In this document: one piece after another, positions 27,613 to 37,546 of the stretch
Layout: every line of letters starts with the position of its first letter
How positions within the stretch are numbered: the first letter of the stretch is position 1
Origin: Sedimentisphaerales bacterium
GTDB taxonomy: Bacteria; Planctomycetota; Phycisphaerae; Sedimentisphaerales; UBA12454
NCBI GenBank assembly: GCA_016930635.1
Contig: JAFGGI010000019.1
Coordinates: 9,929-73,928, forward strand
Direction of reading: 5' to 3'
Length of the DNA stretch: 64,000 nt
Translations under genes and position numbers: made by a program
Notes under the pieces: generated by a model
Database searches by the model: none
Told to the model about the DNA's origin: nothing
The model's input: only the letters and a program-made list of their open reading frames with translations

Positions 27613-28245
27613 TTACTGCCCGGGTTGTTTGAGTTCTTCTACCTTTGGCAGGTCTTTTAATGAGTTTAAACCGAATACTTCGAGGAATTTTTTTGTTGTG
27701 CCGTAAAGGAGAGGCCTGCCGAGGATCTCGGCTTTGCCGACTATTTTGACAAGACCTTTGTAAATAAGCGAGCGTATCATTTCGCCGCAGGCAACACCGC
27801 GAATTGCTTCCACATCTGCTCTGATTACAGGCTGCTTATAAGCAATAATAGCAAGGGTCTCCAGCGCAGCAGGAGAAAGTTTGGTTTCTCCCCTCTGACG
27901 TAAAAGTTTTCTAAGCCAGTTATTATAGTCCGGCAGCGTCATCATCTGGAAACCGCCTGCGATCTCTTCTATTCTGAATGCCCTGCCGCTTCGACCATAC
28001 TGCTCATTAAGCCTTTCGATACACTCTCTGATTTGTGAAGGCGGTCCGTTAAATTCAGAAATAGCGCCAATCCGCTCGGCAGAGAGCGGTTCATCAGAAG
28101 CAAAAAGTACCGCCTCGATCACCGATTCGGTGGTTATTTCCTGTGAAGGAGTACTCGACGCCGTGCCGGCATCGGCTAAACTACCATCTTCGTAATCTAT
28201 CAACTCCTGGTGCTGTTCAATTTCTTCGCTCATACCTTCGTCCAT
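27613..28245 (-). CDS. scpB: segregation and condensation protein B
   Basis: VIEAVLFASDEPLS..., winged-helix ScpB pattern, acidic N-terminus. Confidence 0.85.
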   Translation of the reverse strand: MDEGMSEEIEQHQELIDYEDGSLADAGTASSTPSQEITTESVIEAVLFASDEPLSAERIGAISEFNGPPSQIRECIERLNEQYGRSGRAFRIEEIAGGFQMMTLPDYNNWLRKLLRQRGETKLSPAALETLAIIAYKQPVIRADVEAIRGVACGEMIRSLIYKGLVKIVGKAEILGRPLLYGTTKKFLEVFGLNSLKDLPKVEELKQPGQ

Positions 28246-29330
28246 TCAAAGGGGTCTTTATCTTTCTTACTGATGATGATTTTAACATCTTTCAGATTTT
28301 TTTGTAGTTCTTTTGCAACTTTTTTAAGTATAAATCTCTCCGAAACGCTGTGGCCCAGACACACAACCGTCATCCCGGCTTCCTGGGCCGCAAGTGCCTG
28401 GTGATGCTTTATCTCGCCAGTCAGATAAAGGTCGCATTTAGCTGCAATTACATTCATTATCAATTTACTGCACGAACCGGCACAAACCGCGGCTTTTTTT
28501 ACTGTCCGTCTCTTTGGTCCGACAATTCCCGCTGCCCTGGCTCCGGTAACAGCCTTGATTTTCTTTAGTATCATACTCAACTGCACCGGCTTTTCGAGTA
28601 ACCCTATCCTGCCGAGCCCGATTTTGTCCTCAACATCATACAATTTTATAACATCAAAGGCCGGCGTCTCATAAGGATGGGCCTTTCTCATCACCTTTAC
28701 AACATCAGCTATTTTCCCAGCAGGTACTATCGACTCAAATCGTATCTCATCGACTTTTTCGAGTTTACCTTTTTTGCCAATTGCAGGTTTAGCACCTTTC
28801 AGCGGCAAAAATGTCCCCTCGCCTGCACTGCGAAAACTGCAATGGCTGTAATTGCCTATCGCCCCTGCGCCAGCCTTGAAAATCGCATCAGCAACCTTTT
28901 CAAGTGAATCAACCGGAACAAAAACTACAAGCTTATAATTATCATGACCACCCTGGACAAAATCTCCAATAGGTTGCGGATTTTTTATTCCGACAATCTC
29001 TGCAAGTCCGTCATTTACTCCGCCACTGGCTACATCAAGCGCGGTATGTATCGAATAGACACTTAGCCCATTGCGGATAAGCTCGTAAACAACCAAATCA
29101 CTGGTAATATTTTTCAAGCCATCCCAGATAACCGGATGATAACTTATAATAAAATTACAGCCTGCCTGCTTAGCTTCTTTTACAACATCTTTTGTTATAT
29201 CAATCGTCAGCAGGATTTTCTTGGCCGTCGAACTGCTGTCGCCGATAAGCAGGCCGGTATTGTCCCAGTCCTGTGCAAGATTAGGCGGGGCAAGCTTTTC
29301 AATTACCGTAATAATGTCTTTAATTCTCAT
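28230..29330 (-). CDS. Nif3-family dinuclear metal centre protein (YqfO-like, with inserted domain)
   Basis: N-terminal DWDNTGLLIGD, and C-terminal LYLTGEIKHHQALAA...GHSVSE. Confidence 0.85.
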   Translation of the reverse strand: MRIKDIITVIEKLAPPNLAQDWDNTGLLIGDSSSTAKKILLTIDITKDVVKEAKQAGCNFIISYHPVIWDGLKNITSDLVVYELIRNGLSVYSIHTALDVASGGVNDGLAEIVGIKNPQPIGDFVQGGHDNYKLVVFVPVDSLEKVADAIFKAGAGAIGNYSHCSFRSAGEGTFLPLKGAKPAIGKKGKLEKVDEIRFESIVPAGKIADVVKVMRKAHPYETPAFDVIKLYDVEDKIGLGRIGLLEKPVQLSMILKKIKAVTGARAAGIVGPKRRTVKKAAVCAGSCSKLIMNVIAAKCDLYLTGEIKHHQALAAQEAGMTVVCLGHSVSERFILKKVAKELQKNLKDVKIIISKKDKDPFEWTKV

Positions 29331-30184
29331 TATTCTTTCCTTGAACAGTATTGATTGAAAAATTCTGTATAAAGAGCAGCTATTTTCTTTGTCATCGTAC
29401 CAGGCTTTGCATTTCCAACATCGTGTGCTTCAATTTTTATTACAGGCATTACCTGCATTATAACATTTGTAATAAAAACTTCATCTGCCGCGAGCAGTTC
29501 TTCAATACCAAACTCTTCCTGACAAACTTTTATCAAATTTTTCTCAGCAAGGTTCAGTACTGTTTTCCTTGCGATGCCGGGCAGGACACCAACTTCCAGC
29601 GAAGGCGTAAAAAGAACCGAATCTTTCACGACAAACACATTGCTCACACATCCTTCAGCCAATCTGCCGTCGATCGTAAACCACAACGCCTCGGCGGCGT
29701 GTTTGTGATGAGCCATTCCCAAAGCAGATATCCTTGAAAAATAGCTTGTCGTCTTGTGCCCTGCTAATATATCTGCGGGATTCTGCCTGTAAGAGTTCAG
29801 CACAACCATAATTCCTTTATCGTAATACTCCTTCGGATAAGGGTCGAACTTAACAGCAGTGACAAGCAGTGTCGGCTCGGGATTTTCGCCGCTGACAGCC
29901 CCGCTTGTTGCAGTCAGACGTATCCGGGCATCTTTGAGTTTATTTGCATTTAAAGTTTCATAGACTGCTTTAGCAAAAAATTTCTTGTCGCCTCGCAGAT
30001 TTATTTTTAATTTAGCAGCACTGTCAAAGAGCCTGTCCAGATGGTCATCCAGTGCAAAAACGACACCGTTTGAAGCTCTCATAGTCTCAAACAGCCCAGC
30101 CCCATATAAAAATCCGCCATCCGAGCAGCTTATTGAAGCTTCAGAGCTTTCTACTATTTGGTTATTCAAAAAAATCTTGCTCAT
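29330..30184 (-). CDS. pabC: aminodeoxychorismate lyase / class IV aminotransferase
   Basis: Class IV fold motifs (FETMRA..., LPGIARKTVL). Adjacent to pabB. Confidence 0.75.
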   Translation of the reverse strand: MSKIFLNNQIVESSEASISCSDGGFLYGAGLFETMRASNGVVFALDDHLDRLFDSAAKLKINLRGDKKFFAKAVYETLNANKLKDARIRLTATSGAVSGENPEPTLLVTAVKFDPYPKEYYDKGIMVVLNSYRQNPADILAGHKTTSYFSRISALGMAHHKHAAEALWFTIDGRLAEGCVSNVFVVKDSVLFTPSLEVGVLPGIARKTVLNLAEKNLIKVCQEEFGIEELLAADEVFITNVIMQVMPVIKIEAHDVGNAKPGTMTKKIAALYTEFFNQYCSRKE

Positions 30185-30185
30185 T

Positions 30186-31757
30186 TTACTCCTGAACTGC
30201 TTTTATTCCTGCAAGTAATGCTTTTGCTTTGATAAGTGTCTCTTCCCATTCAGCCTGCGGGATAGAATCGGCTACAATGCCACCGCCGGTCTGAGCAAAA
30301 GCGGTATTTCCCTTTATGATAATTGTTCTTATGACGATATTCAAGCAGGCGTTGCCTTTCAGGTCTATCCAGCCGATACAGCCCGTATAAAGACCTCTCG
30401 CCGTCGGTTCAAGTTCATTGATTATCTTCATCGCGCTTATTTTCGGAGCACCGGTAATTGAACCGCCCGGGAAAATAGCTTTTAGAATATCAACAAAATC
30501 TATTTTTTCTTTCAGTCTGCCCTGAATTGTCGCAACCGCATGAAAAACTGTTGCAAATGTCTCTATATCACGTCTTTTTACAACTTTAATCGTGCCGGGT
30601 TTGCAAATCCTGCCCAAATCGTTCCGCTCAAGGTCGATTATCATATCAAGCTCTGCTTTTTCCTTCTCGTTGGCAATGAGCTCGGCGCAATTTTCTTTAT
30701 TAATTTTTTCGTCATCTGTTCTCGGTCTTGTACCCTTGATTGGACAGGTTGTAATTGTGCCGTTATTTATACTTATAAAAAGCTCAGGCGATGCGCTTAC
30801 GATCTGGAAATCACCTGCATCTATATATGCTGAGTACGGGCTGGGGTTAAATTTGTTTTGCCAGAGGAAAAGCTTATAAGCATCTGCATTGAAATCAGCA
30901 CTGAACCGCTGAGAGAAATTTATCTGATAGACATCGCCGTCGTAGATATACTTTTTTGTCTTTGCGATAGCATCGAGGTAATAGTCCTTTGTTATATTAG
31001 ACTTGAAATCTTTATTTATTTGGTTAGCTCCCAACTTTACGTTGGGAGTCTGGCCGCCGTTTGCGGCGGCCGCTAAACAAGTTTCCAGTTTTTTGATCTT
31101 TTCTTCACCTGTTGTTTTATCATTCGGCAGTTCAATCGCAAAAAGGTGGAAACAATTCTCTATATGGTCGAAACAGATAACCTTGTCATAAAAACATAAC
31201 CTTATTAACGGCAAACAGATATCGTCTTCCGCAGTCGGGATATTTTCGATGTGTCTGTTGAGGTCGTAGCTGAAAAAGCCGAGCCAGCCGCCCGTAAAAA
31301 CTCCCTCAATACCTGAATTCATCTTTGGAGTTGAGATTGCTTCGTCCACCTTAAGGTGTCCTCGCAATGACAAATTAGAGTCTCTTATGTCATTGCGAGA
31401 CCTGCGAAGCAGGTCGTGGCAATCTCTTTCTTCAAGATGATATTTATTTAGAACAGCTTTTAATTTCTCTAAGGGTTTTTTTTCAGTGTTTAAACATTCG
31501 AAAACTTCGACAGGCTCAGCGGCAAAATAGCTGTATCTATTTCTGTCAGAATTAAATTCTGCTGCGCCGAGAATCGCAGGATTATTGAGAGTTGAAAAGT
31601 ACCGCACCAAACTCTGAAGTTTAACATTTGCTGATATGCTTTTATAAACTAATCGGCAATAACTTTTCTTCTCTATACCTAAAGCAGAAAACCCGCCGTG
31701 AAACGGCGGGCTAAATATTTTTGAATTCGTGTTAGTTTGTGTTAATTCGTGGCTCAT
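30186..31757 (-). CDS. pabB: aminodeoxychorismate synthase component I
   Basis: Chorismate-binding domain with PIKGT (Lys typical of PabB rather than TrpE), FPGGSITGAPK and GGGIVADS. Confidence 0.85.
   Translation of the reverse strand: MSHELTQTNTNSKIFSPPFHGGFSALGIEKKSYCRLVYKSISANVKLQSLVRYFSTLNNPAILGAAEFNSDRNRYSYFAAEPVEVFECLNTEKKPLEKLKAVLNKYHLEERDCHDLLRRSRNDIRDSNLSLRGHLKVDEAISTPKMNSGIEGVFTGGWLGFFSYDLNRHIENIPTAEDDICLPLIRLCFYDKVICFDHIENCFHLFAIELPNDKTTGEEKIKKLETCLAAAANGGQTPNVKLGANQINKDFKSNITKDYYLDAIAKTKKYIYDGDVYQINFSQRFSADFNADAYKLFLWQNKFNPSPYSAYIDAGDFQIVSASPELFISINNGTITTCPIKGTRPRTDDEKINKENCAELIANEKEKAELDMIIDLERNDLGRICKPGTIKVVKRRDIETFATVFHAVATIQGRLKEKIDFVDILKAIFPGGSITGAPKISAMKIINELEPTARGLYTGCIGWIDLKGNACLNIVIRTIIIKGNTAFAQTGGGIVADSIPQAEWEETLIKAKALLAGIKAVQE
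31334..31427. repeat. palindromic (MITE/REP-like) element embedded in frame in pabB
   Basis: Outer arms GAGATTGC/GCAATCTC, inner perfect 12-bp arms CTCGCAATGACA/TGTCATTGCGAG, plus an ACCTGC-gaa-GCAGGT hairpin. Confidence 0.7.
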
Positions 31758-32845
31758 TATAAACTTTCAAGCCGAAGTTTTTTATCGTATTCAATCAATC
31801 CTGCGATAAGTTCATCCATCCCGCCAGCCATAACCTTATCGAGATTGTAAAGCGAAAGGTTTATCCGATGATCTGTAACACGGTTTTGTGGATAATTATA
31901 TGTCCTTATTTTTTCGGAGCGGTCGCCGGAGCCTATCATAGTCTTTCTCGTCTTGTCTCTCTGGGCCCGTTCGATACGCTGGTAATGTTCGTAAACCCTG
32001 CTTCTAAGCAGCCGCCATGCTTTGGCTCGATTTTTATGCTGACTCTTTTCTTCCCGCATACTGACCATTATACCGGTCGGCTTATGTTCGAGTTTTATCG
32101 CACTGTTGAGTTTGTTAACACTTTGGCCGCCGGGGCCGCCTGCCCTGCTGACATGTTCAATAACATCATCAGGTTTTATATCAACTTCCAGCTCTTCCGG
32201 CTCAGGCAAAACGGCAACAGTAACCGCAGAGGTATGCACCCTGCCCTGGGCTTCGGTCTGGGGCACGCGCTGCACCCTGTGTCCACCGCCTTCGTATCCA
32301 AGATGTGCCCAGACATTCGGGCCTTTTATATTAAAGATGACCTCGCGGAATCCGCCAAGCTCACTAGCGCTGAAGTCGAGCTGTTCGACTTTCCATCTTT
32401 GTTTTTCCGCATAACGGATATACATCTCGTATAAGTCGCGGGCAAAAAGTGCCGCTTCATCTCCTCCGGTCCCTGCCCGTATTTCCACTATGACCGAACC
32501 TATCGCCGCATCATCAGCCATTACAAGTGAATCTTTAATTTGTTCCAGCAGCTCCGTCTTTTTTGCTTCAAGACCGGTTATCTCTTCGGCGGCAAGAGCT
32601 TTCATATCAGAGTCGGATTCGCTGTCATCTAAAATTGCCTGAGCCTCGGCGATATCTGAAAGCAGCTTCTTATAATTTCGATAGTTCGTTACCGTTGTCC
32701 GGAGCTTGCCCTGCTCTTTTGTGATGGAAACAAATTTCCTCGGATCCGTAGCCACCTCAGGGTCTCCGAGCTGTTGTTGGAGCTCGCAGAATCTTCCGTT
32801 AAGCTCATCAAGTTTTTTTATAAGTGCTGAATCAGTTTCGCTCAT
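31757..32845 (-). CDS. prfA: peptide chain release factor 1
   Basis: GGQ motif (GPGGQSVNK) and RVQRVPQTEAQGRVHTSA (PxT-type RF1 recognition region). Confidence 0.95.
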   Translation of the reverse strand: MSETDSALIKKLDELNGRFCELQQQLGDPEVATDPRKFVSITKEQGKLRTTVTNYRNYKKLLSDIAEAQAILDDSESDSDMKALAAEEITGLEAKKTELLEQIKDSLVMADDAAIGSVIVEIRAGTGGDEAALFARDLYEMYIRYAEKQRWKVEQLDFSASELGGFREVIFNIKGPNVWAHLGYEGGGHRVQRVPQTEAQGRVHTSAVTVAVLPEPEELEVDIKPDDVIEHVSRAGGPGGQSVNKLNSAIKLEHKPTGIMVSMREEKSQHKNRAKAWRLLRSRVYEHYQRIERAQRDKTRKTMIGSGDRSEKIRTYNYPQNRVTDHRINLSLYNLDKVMAGGMDELIAGLIEYDKKLRLESL

Positions 32846-32936
32846 AGGATCGGCCTAAACAATCCAAAAAAAATACGCCGCCGGTACATAATTCTGTTTG
32901 AATAAGACCAACAGCGTAGTTTGTAAATCAAAAAAT

Positions 32937-33188
32937 CTAATTTTCTTTTTTATCTTGTGCCTTGTTGTCCTTTTTTGCTTTGTCCATATAGGTTTGACCG
33001 TATTTTTGCTTGAAACGCTCGATCCGTCCTGCCGTATCAACGAATTTCTGCTTGCCTGTATAGAACGGATGGCACATTGAGCATATTTCAGCGTGGATTT
33101 CCTTGACCGTACTGCGGGTCTCGAAACTGTTTCCGCAGCCGCATTTGACCTTTACTGTCTGATAATTAGGATGTATGTCTTTTTTCAT
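32937..33188 (-). CDS. rpmE: 50S ribosomal protein L31 (Cys-containing form)
   Basis: MKKDIHPNY...CGCG...[13 protein letters not shown]. Confidence 0.95.
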   Translation of the reverse strand: MKKDIHPNYQTVKVKCGCGNSFETRSTVKEIHAEICSMCHPFYTGKQKFVDTAGRIERFKQKYGQTYMDKAKKDNKAQDKKEN

Positions 33189-33316
33189 TTTTTAATACCT
33201 TAAATATAGAGCGAGGTATTATACATTTTTCCCAGACCAATGCAAGAACTCTTTAAATAACTCTTTTTTCTATTAAAAAACCCTATTTTAAAGCCTCCCA
33301 AGCCAGTTAGCCGCCT

Positions 33317-33398
33317 GCCCCGTTAGAGACAAGCAGCTCTAAGACGGTTATCAGGCATTACGTATGTCCTGTCTCTAACGGGGCTTGTCAAAAGCCCC
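33317..33398. repeat. 15-bp perfect inverted repeat plus overlapping second hairpin upstream of dapB
   Basis: GCCCCGTTAGAGACA (33317-33331) and TGTCTCTAACGGGGC (33370-33384). GGGGCTT/AAGCCCC (33380-33398) overlaps the right arm. Confidence 0.7.
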
Positions 33399-33441
33399 GG
33401 ATTAGCTTATACTTACGCCGAATTTGTGGAAAGGACGTAAA

Positions 33442-34239
33442 ATGAAACCAAAACTGATTATCGTTGGCGCAGCCGGCAGAATGGGCAGAAGGATTCTATA
33501 CCTCGCCGGCCAATCGCAGAATTTTGATATAATCGGAGCAGTTGAAGATAAAAATTGTCCTGATATAGGAGCCGATGCCGGTCTGCTGGCAGGCCTGGGA
33601 CAGAACGATATCAAGATAAGCTCAGATTTTCCACCTGCCGGCGATGTGGTAATAGATTTTTCACTGCCCGCAGCTTTCAATAATACCATGGATTATTGCC
33701 TTGCCAATAATTGCGCACTTGTGATGGGTACAACAGGTCTATCTGATGAGCAGATCAAAAAAGTAGATAACGCCGCAAAAAAGATCCCTCTCATCCAGGC
33801 AACAAATATGGGAGTTGGAATGAATCTGCTTTTTGAACTCGTCGGTATAATCGCACAAAAATTAGGTGACGAATATGATATTGAAATTACTGAAGCACAT
33901 CATCGTTTCAAAAAAGACTCTCCCAGCGGTTCAGCTATAACGCTTGCCGAGAGAATAGCTGCTGCGACAGATAAAAAAATTCCTGATTGTCTTGACATAG
34001 GCAGGAAAGGTAAAGATGTCCCTCGCAAAAAAGGTTCTATCGGAATACAGGCAGTCAGATTAGGCGACACCGTAGGCGAGCATTCGGTAATGTTCGGCAC
34101 ATTAGGAGAAACTATAACGATATCGCACAGTGCTCACAGCAGAGACACCTTCGCATCAGGAGCAATAAGAGCTGCCGGCTGGCTGGCCAGCAAAGATGCA
34201 GGAAGATACTCAATGGCCGATGTGCTGGGTCTTAAATAG
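33442..34239 (+). CDS. dapB: 4-hydroxy-tetrahydrodipicolinate reductase
   Basis: KLIIVGAAGRMG NAD(P) motif and EAHHRFKKDSPSGSA catalytic motif. Start set at ATG 33442 rather than the upstream GTG. Confidence 0.92.
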   Translation: MKPKLIIVGAAGRMGRRILYLAGQSQNFDIIGAVEDKNCPDIGADAGLLAGLGQNDIKISSDFPPAGDVVIDFSLPAAFNNTMDYCLANNCALVMGTTGLSDEQIKKVDNAAKKIPLIQATNMGVGMNLLFELVGIIAQKLGDEYDIEITEAHHRFKKDSPSGSAITLAERIAAATDKKIPDCLDIGRKGKDVPRKKGSIGIQAVRLGDTVGEHSVMFGTLGETITISHSAHSRDTFASGAIRAAGWLASKDAGRYSMADVLGLK

Positions 34240-35179
34240 CCTTACTGCCCAATAATGCAAAAGTTATCATTACTGAATTGAAGATGCAGTGTACAAATAT
34301 TGCCCGCAAGAGCGACCCACTTTTTTCATAAGCATAGCCCATAGCGATTGATAAAATCAACAATGCGGGCAGATGCATCAGCGGATGAAGCAATGAAAAG
34401 ATTACCGAGGCCATGAAGATACTTCGCCAGGGACTATAACCGATATTTCGAAAATAGGTTTGCACAAGTCCTCTGAAAACAAGTTCTTCAAACACAGGCG
34501 TTATGACCGCCGCGAAAAAAATCATAAAAATTCTCAGGCCTATTTGATCACCTTCGAGTATTACTACCAGCCCTTCATTTTGCTGCATATGGAATTCAGC
34601 CCCTTTAATAATAGTGCCGAACATTGCCACCAGACGAAGCGACCCTGTAGCCAGCGGCCAGACCGTCAGGAATACCAATGCAGCTGCGCCAATATCTTTT
34701 AAAATTCCTTTTTTGCGCAAGCCAAAGCCAGCCAGACCTGCTGCAAAATATTTCCGTACCGCACCAAGAATAAAAACGATAAGAACCACATCTATTAAAG
34801 CAATAATCAAATATGTAATAAACTCCTGCTCCCATTTGGGCAAATGCTCTGTAAGTTCTCTGGACATATCTGCCGCAACCATATACATACCAAGCCAGCC
34901 GCAAACAACCGCAGCGGGAATATAATAAGGCATGGAATTATATCGGAAAACCGCCCTGTCAAGCTCCTTTGAGCCGAATTCGCGTGTAGTCGCCCAATAA
35001 GCAAATAATGCCAGACCGGCGGCAACTAAAATGAACATAGCAGCAGATATATAGATGTTATATCCATAACCTAATAAGCCGGTCAACAGCAAATTATTGA
35101 CAAAAAACACAAAACACCTCCAACGGCTGCGCCGCGAAAATGGAAAGCTGAGAGTCGAAAGTTGAGCATTAAAGGGCAC
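34232..35179 (-). CDS. CPBP-family intramembrane glutamic endopeptidase (CAAX protease-like)
   Basis: Polytopic, with EELVFRG, SLLH and HCIFNS motifs. Confidence 0.8.
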   Translation of the reverse strand: MPFNAQLSTLSFPFSRRSRWRCFVFFVNNLLLTGLLGYGYNIYISAAMFILVAAGLALFAYWATTREFGSKELDRAVFRYNSMPYYIPAAVVCGWLGMYMVAADMSRELTEHLPKWEQEFITYLIIALIDVVLIVFILGAVRKYFAAGLAGFGLRKKGILKDIGAAALVFLTVWPLATGSLRLVAMFGTIIKGAEFHMQQNEGLVVILEGDQIGLRIFMIFFAAVITPVFEELVFRGLVQTYFRNIGYSPWRSIFMASVIFSLLHPLMHLPALLILSIAMGYAYEKSGSLLRAIFVHCIFNSVMITFALLGSKAI

Positions 35180-35284
35180 AACTTGCCTTTTTCTATGCCC
35201 TAAATCCTAAACCCAAAACCCTGCTATTGCATAAGCTGCCCTTTTGTATTAAATTAGGCCTGTCTTTTCAAGGAATTTCGGCAT

Positions 35285-36556
35285 ATGGCTCTTGATATAT
35301 TTAAAATTTCAGGTCCAGTAAGGCTAACCGGCGAAGTTACCATCAGCGGGTCCAAAAATGCTGCCCTGCCGATAATAGCGGCAACAATCCTTGCTCCAGG
35401 CAAAAGCACCTTATGCGGTGTTCCAAACCTCAGCGATATCAAAGTAATGTGCCAACTAGTCGAAAATCTCGGCTGTAAAGCGAGTATCGACAACGGCACG
35501 GTAACTATTGACTCAACAAATATTGATAATCCTTTCGGCGATTACGAAATTGTCAGAAAAATGCGGGCAAGTGTTTGCATCCTCGGCCCCCTTCTTGGAC
35601 GCTGCGGCAAAGTCGAGGTCTCAATGCCGGGCGGATGTGCGATCGGATACAGACCTGTCGATATTCATCTGCGCGGTTTGAGAGAACTGGGAGCAAAAAT
35701 TGAACTTAAAAATGGTTATATAGTTGCTCACGCAAACGGCGGGCTTAAAGGTGCAAATATATTTCTCGGCGGACCTTTCGGTTCAAGTGTCCTTGCTACC
35801 GCAAATGTCCTGTCAGCATCAGTCCTTGCAAAAGGAAAAACTATTATTGACTCAGCAGCCTGCGAGCCGGAGATAACAGATCTTGCAAAATGTCTTAAAA
35901 AAATGGGAGCAAAAATCAGCGGCATAGGTTCACCCCAGCTTACAATAAAGGGAGTAAAAAAACTCAAACCGATCGAGCATACGGTAATACCGGATAGAAT
36001 CGAGGCGGGAACCTTTCTTGCGGCCGCTGCGATAACCAAGGGCAATTTGAAACTTAAAAACAGCAGAGTCGATCATCTTATGGCTGTTATCGATAAGCTC
36101 AGAAGTATGAATGTTACTGTCGAACAAACCAAAGATGGTTGTGAAGTTGTTTCCAACAGTCTGAGCAAACCAACAGATATTACAACGCTGCCGTATCCCG
36201 GATTTCCAACAGATTTGCAGGCACAATTCATGGCCTGCCTATGTCTGGCAAAGGGAAACAGTGTAATTTCTGAAAAAATCTTTCCGGACAGATTTATGCA
36301 TGTATCGGAATTGAGCAGAATGGCTGCAAATCTCAGAAAAGAAGGTCCGCATGTAATAGTCAGCGGCGTAGAAAAGCTGATTGCCGCCCCGGTAATGGCT
36401 TCTGACCTGAGGGCTTCAGCAGCTCTTGTCCTTGCCGCTCTGGCTGCTCAGGGCGAAACTATTGTAAATCGTGTTTATCATATAGACAGAGGTTATGAAA
36501 AAATCGAGGAAAAACTAAATGCCTGTGGTGCAAAAATCGAGCGTCAGAGCATATAA
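35285..36556 (+). CDS. murA: UDP-N-acetylglucosamine 1-carboxyvinyltransferase
   Basis: ISGSKNAALP, full-length EPSP/MurA fold pattern, ...IDRGYEKIEEKL. Confidence 0.95.
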   Translation: MALDIFKISGPVRLTGEVTISGSKNAALPIIAATILAPGKSTLCGVPNLSDIKVMCQLVENLGCKASIDNGTVTIDSTNIDNPFGDYEIVRKMRASVCILGPLLGRCGKVEVSMPGGCAIGYRPVDIHLRGLRELGAKIELKNGYIVAHANGGLKGANIFLGGPFGSSVLATANVLSASVLAKGKTIIDSAACEPEITDLAKCLKKMGAKISGIGSPQLTIKGVKKLKPIEHTVIPDRIEAGTFLAAAAITKGNLKLKNSRVDHLMAVIDKLRSMNVTVEQTKDGCEVVSNSLSKPTDITTLPYPGFPTDLQAQFMACLCLAKGNSVISEKIFPDRFMHVSELSRMAANLRKEGPHVIVSGVEKLIAAPVMASDLRASAALVLAALAAQGETIVNRVYHIDRGYEKIEEKLNACGAKIERQSI

Positions 36557-36558
36557 AA

Positions 36559-36849
36559 CTAATTCTTAGGAACAATTTTTCTCCATAATGCACACTCACT
36601 TGAGCTTCCATGAATATTCACAGACCAAGACTGTCCTTGCTGTCGTTCAACAAGAATACCTTCAAATTTTGCTATCAAATGACCAATCTGCCGATGTACT
36701 GTGAGAGTTATATTATTACCCTGATAACCCGAACAGAAATTTAAATAATCATCTGAATAATTCTTAATTAGCTCATCAACTACAAAATGGCTGTCAAAAT
36801 AATAACCCGGTTTTACTTCCTGTAAGATTTTTTCGATACAGTTTTTCAT
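36559..36849 (-). CDS. hypothetical protein (96 aa)
   Basis: ORF only. Follows the 154-aa ORF on the minus strand after a 23-nt gap. Confidence 0.4.
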   Translation of the reverse strand: MKNCIEKILQEVKPGYYFDSHFVVDELIKNYSDDYLNFCSGYQGNNITLTVHRQIGHLIAKFEGILVERQQGQSWSVNIHGSSSECALWRKIVPKN

Positions 36850-36872
36850 AAATTTTTCCTTCTATTAAAAAG

Positions 36873-37313
36873 TTATTGTTCTCCTCTTCCTGGGTTAAAC
36901 CCAAACAAACATACACAAATTTCTTTGGCAATAGGCAAAGCAATCTGTGTTCGTTCATCAATTCTGCCAGGGTTTGCCCACCTTCTTAACCTTTTTTCAG
37001 TAACGCTGGTAAGAAACTCTCTGGAGTTACCTGTTTCTAAAACCTGATAGCGGAGTTCCCTGCACAACATTAAAGCAACCTGTTGTTTTTCCAAACTTTC
37101 GATAAGCTCTCTAAGCCTGTTAACATCAAAATCTTCTTTCAGTTTCAAGTTCTCAGCCTTATCCGAAGTGATTCTAACGGTCTGCTCCGAAAAAACAGTA
37201 ATATCAGGTATTAAAGCTTTTAAGAGTTCAGCTGTTCCAATTCCCAACTTTCCTGCAACAAACTCAAGTCGACCATACTGGCTATCTGTTAATTCAATAT
37301 TTAATTTCTTCAT
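36873..37313 (-). CDS. hypothetical protein with possible N-terminal ribbon-helix-helix
   Basis: KKLNIELTDSQYGRLEFVAGKLGIGTAELLKALI resembles the RHH/CopG pattern. Start chosen at the ATG preceded by GGAG; alternatives are 37325 and 37337. Confidence 0.4.
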   Translation of the reverse strand: MKKLNIELTDSQYGRLEFVAGKLGIGTAELLKALIPDITVFSEQTVRITSDKAENLKLKEDFDVNRLRELIESLEKQQVALMLCRELRYQVLETGNSREFLTSVTEKRLRRWANPGRIDERTQIALPIAKEICVCLFGFNPGRGEQ

Positions 37314-37546
37314 ATCATTCTCCATAAAAACCACCAATTTGCCATTTATTTATCGCCTATTAGCTGTCAATTATATAACTATACTATTTATTGTCAAATA
37401 AAAAAAATGGAAAATATAGTTTTATCAGCCAATCACAGCAGAAAATTTCACAAATAGGTTAAGATTAGCCCAAAATTGGCAGATTTAATCAATAACCATA
37501 GAGATAATACTTGATATTTGATGATATGATCATTAGAATTCAGGTT

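Noticed and set aside
31868-32434. 188-aa plus-strand ORF (and 32106-32414) antisense to prfA
   Set aside because: prfA is unambiguous (GGQ, RF1 motifs). The antisense frames have no motif or start context.
33189-33441. Possible lysine riboswitch in front of dapB
   Set aside because: I could not find the conserved L-box strings (for example the AGAGGnGC or GGAAAGG type cores). Only a palindromic element is present.
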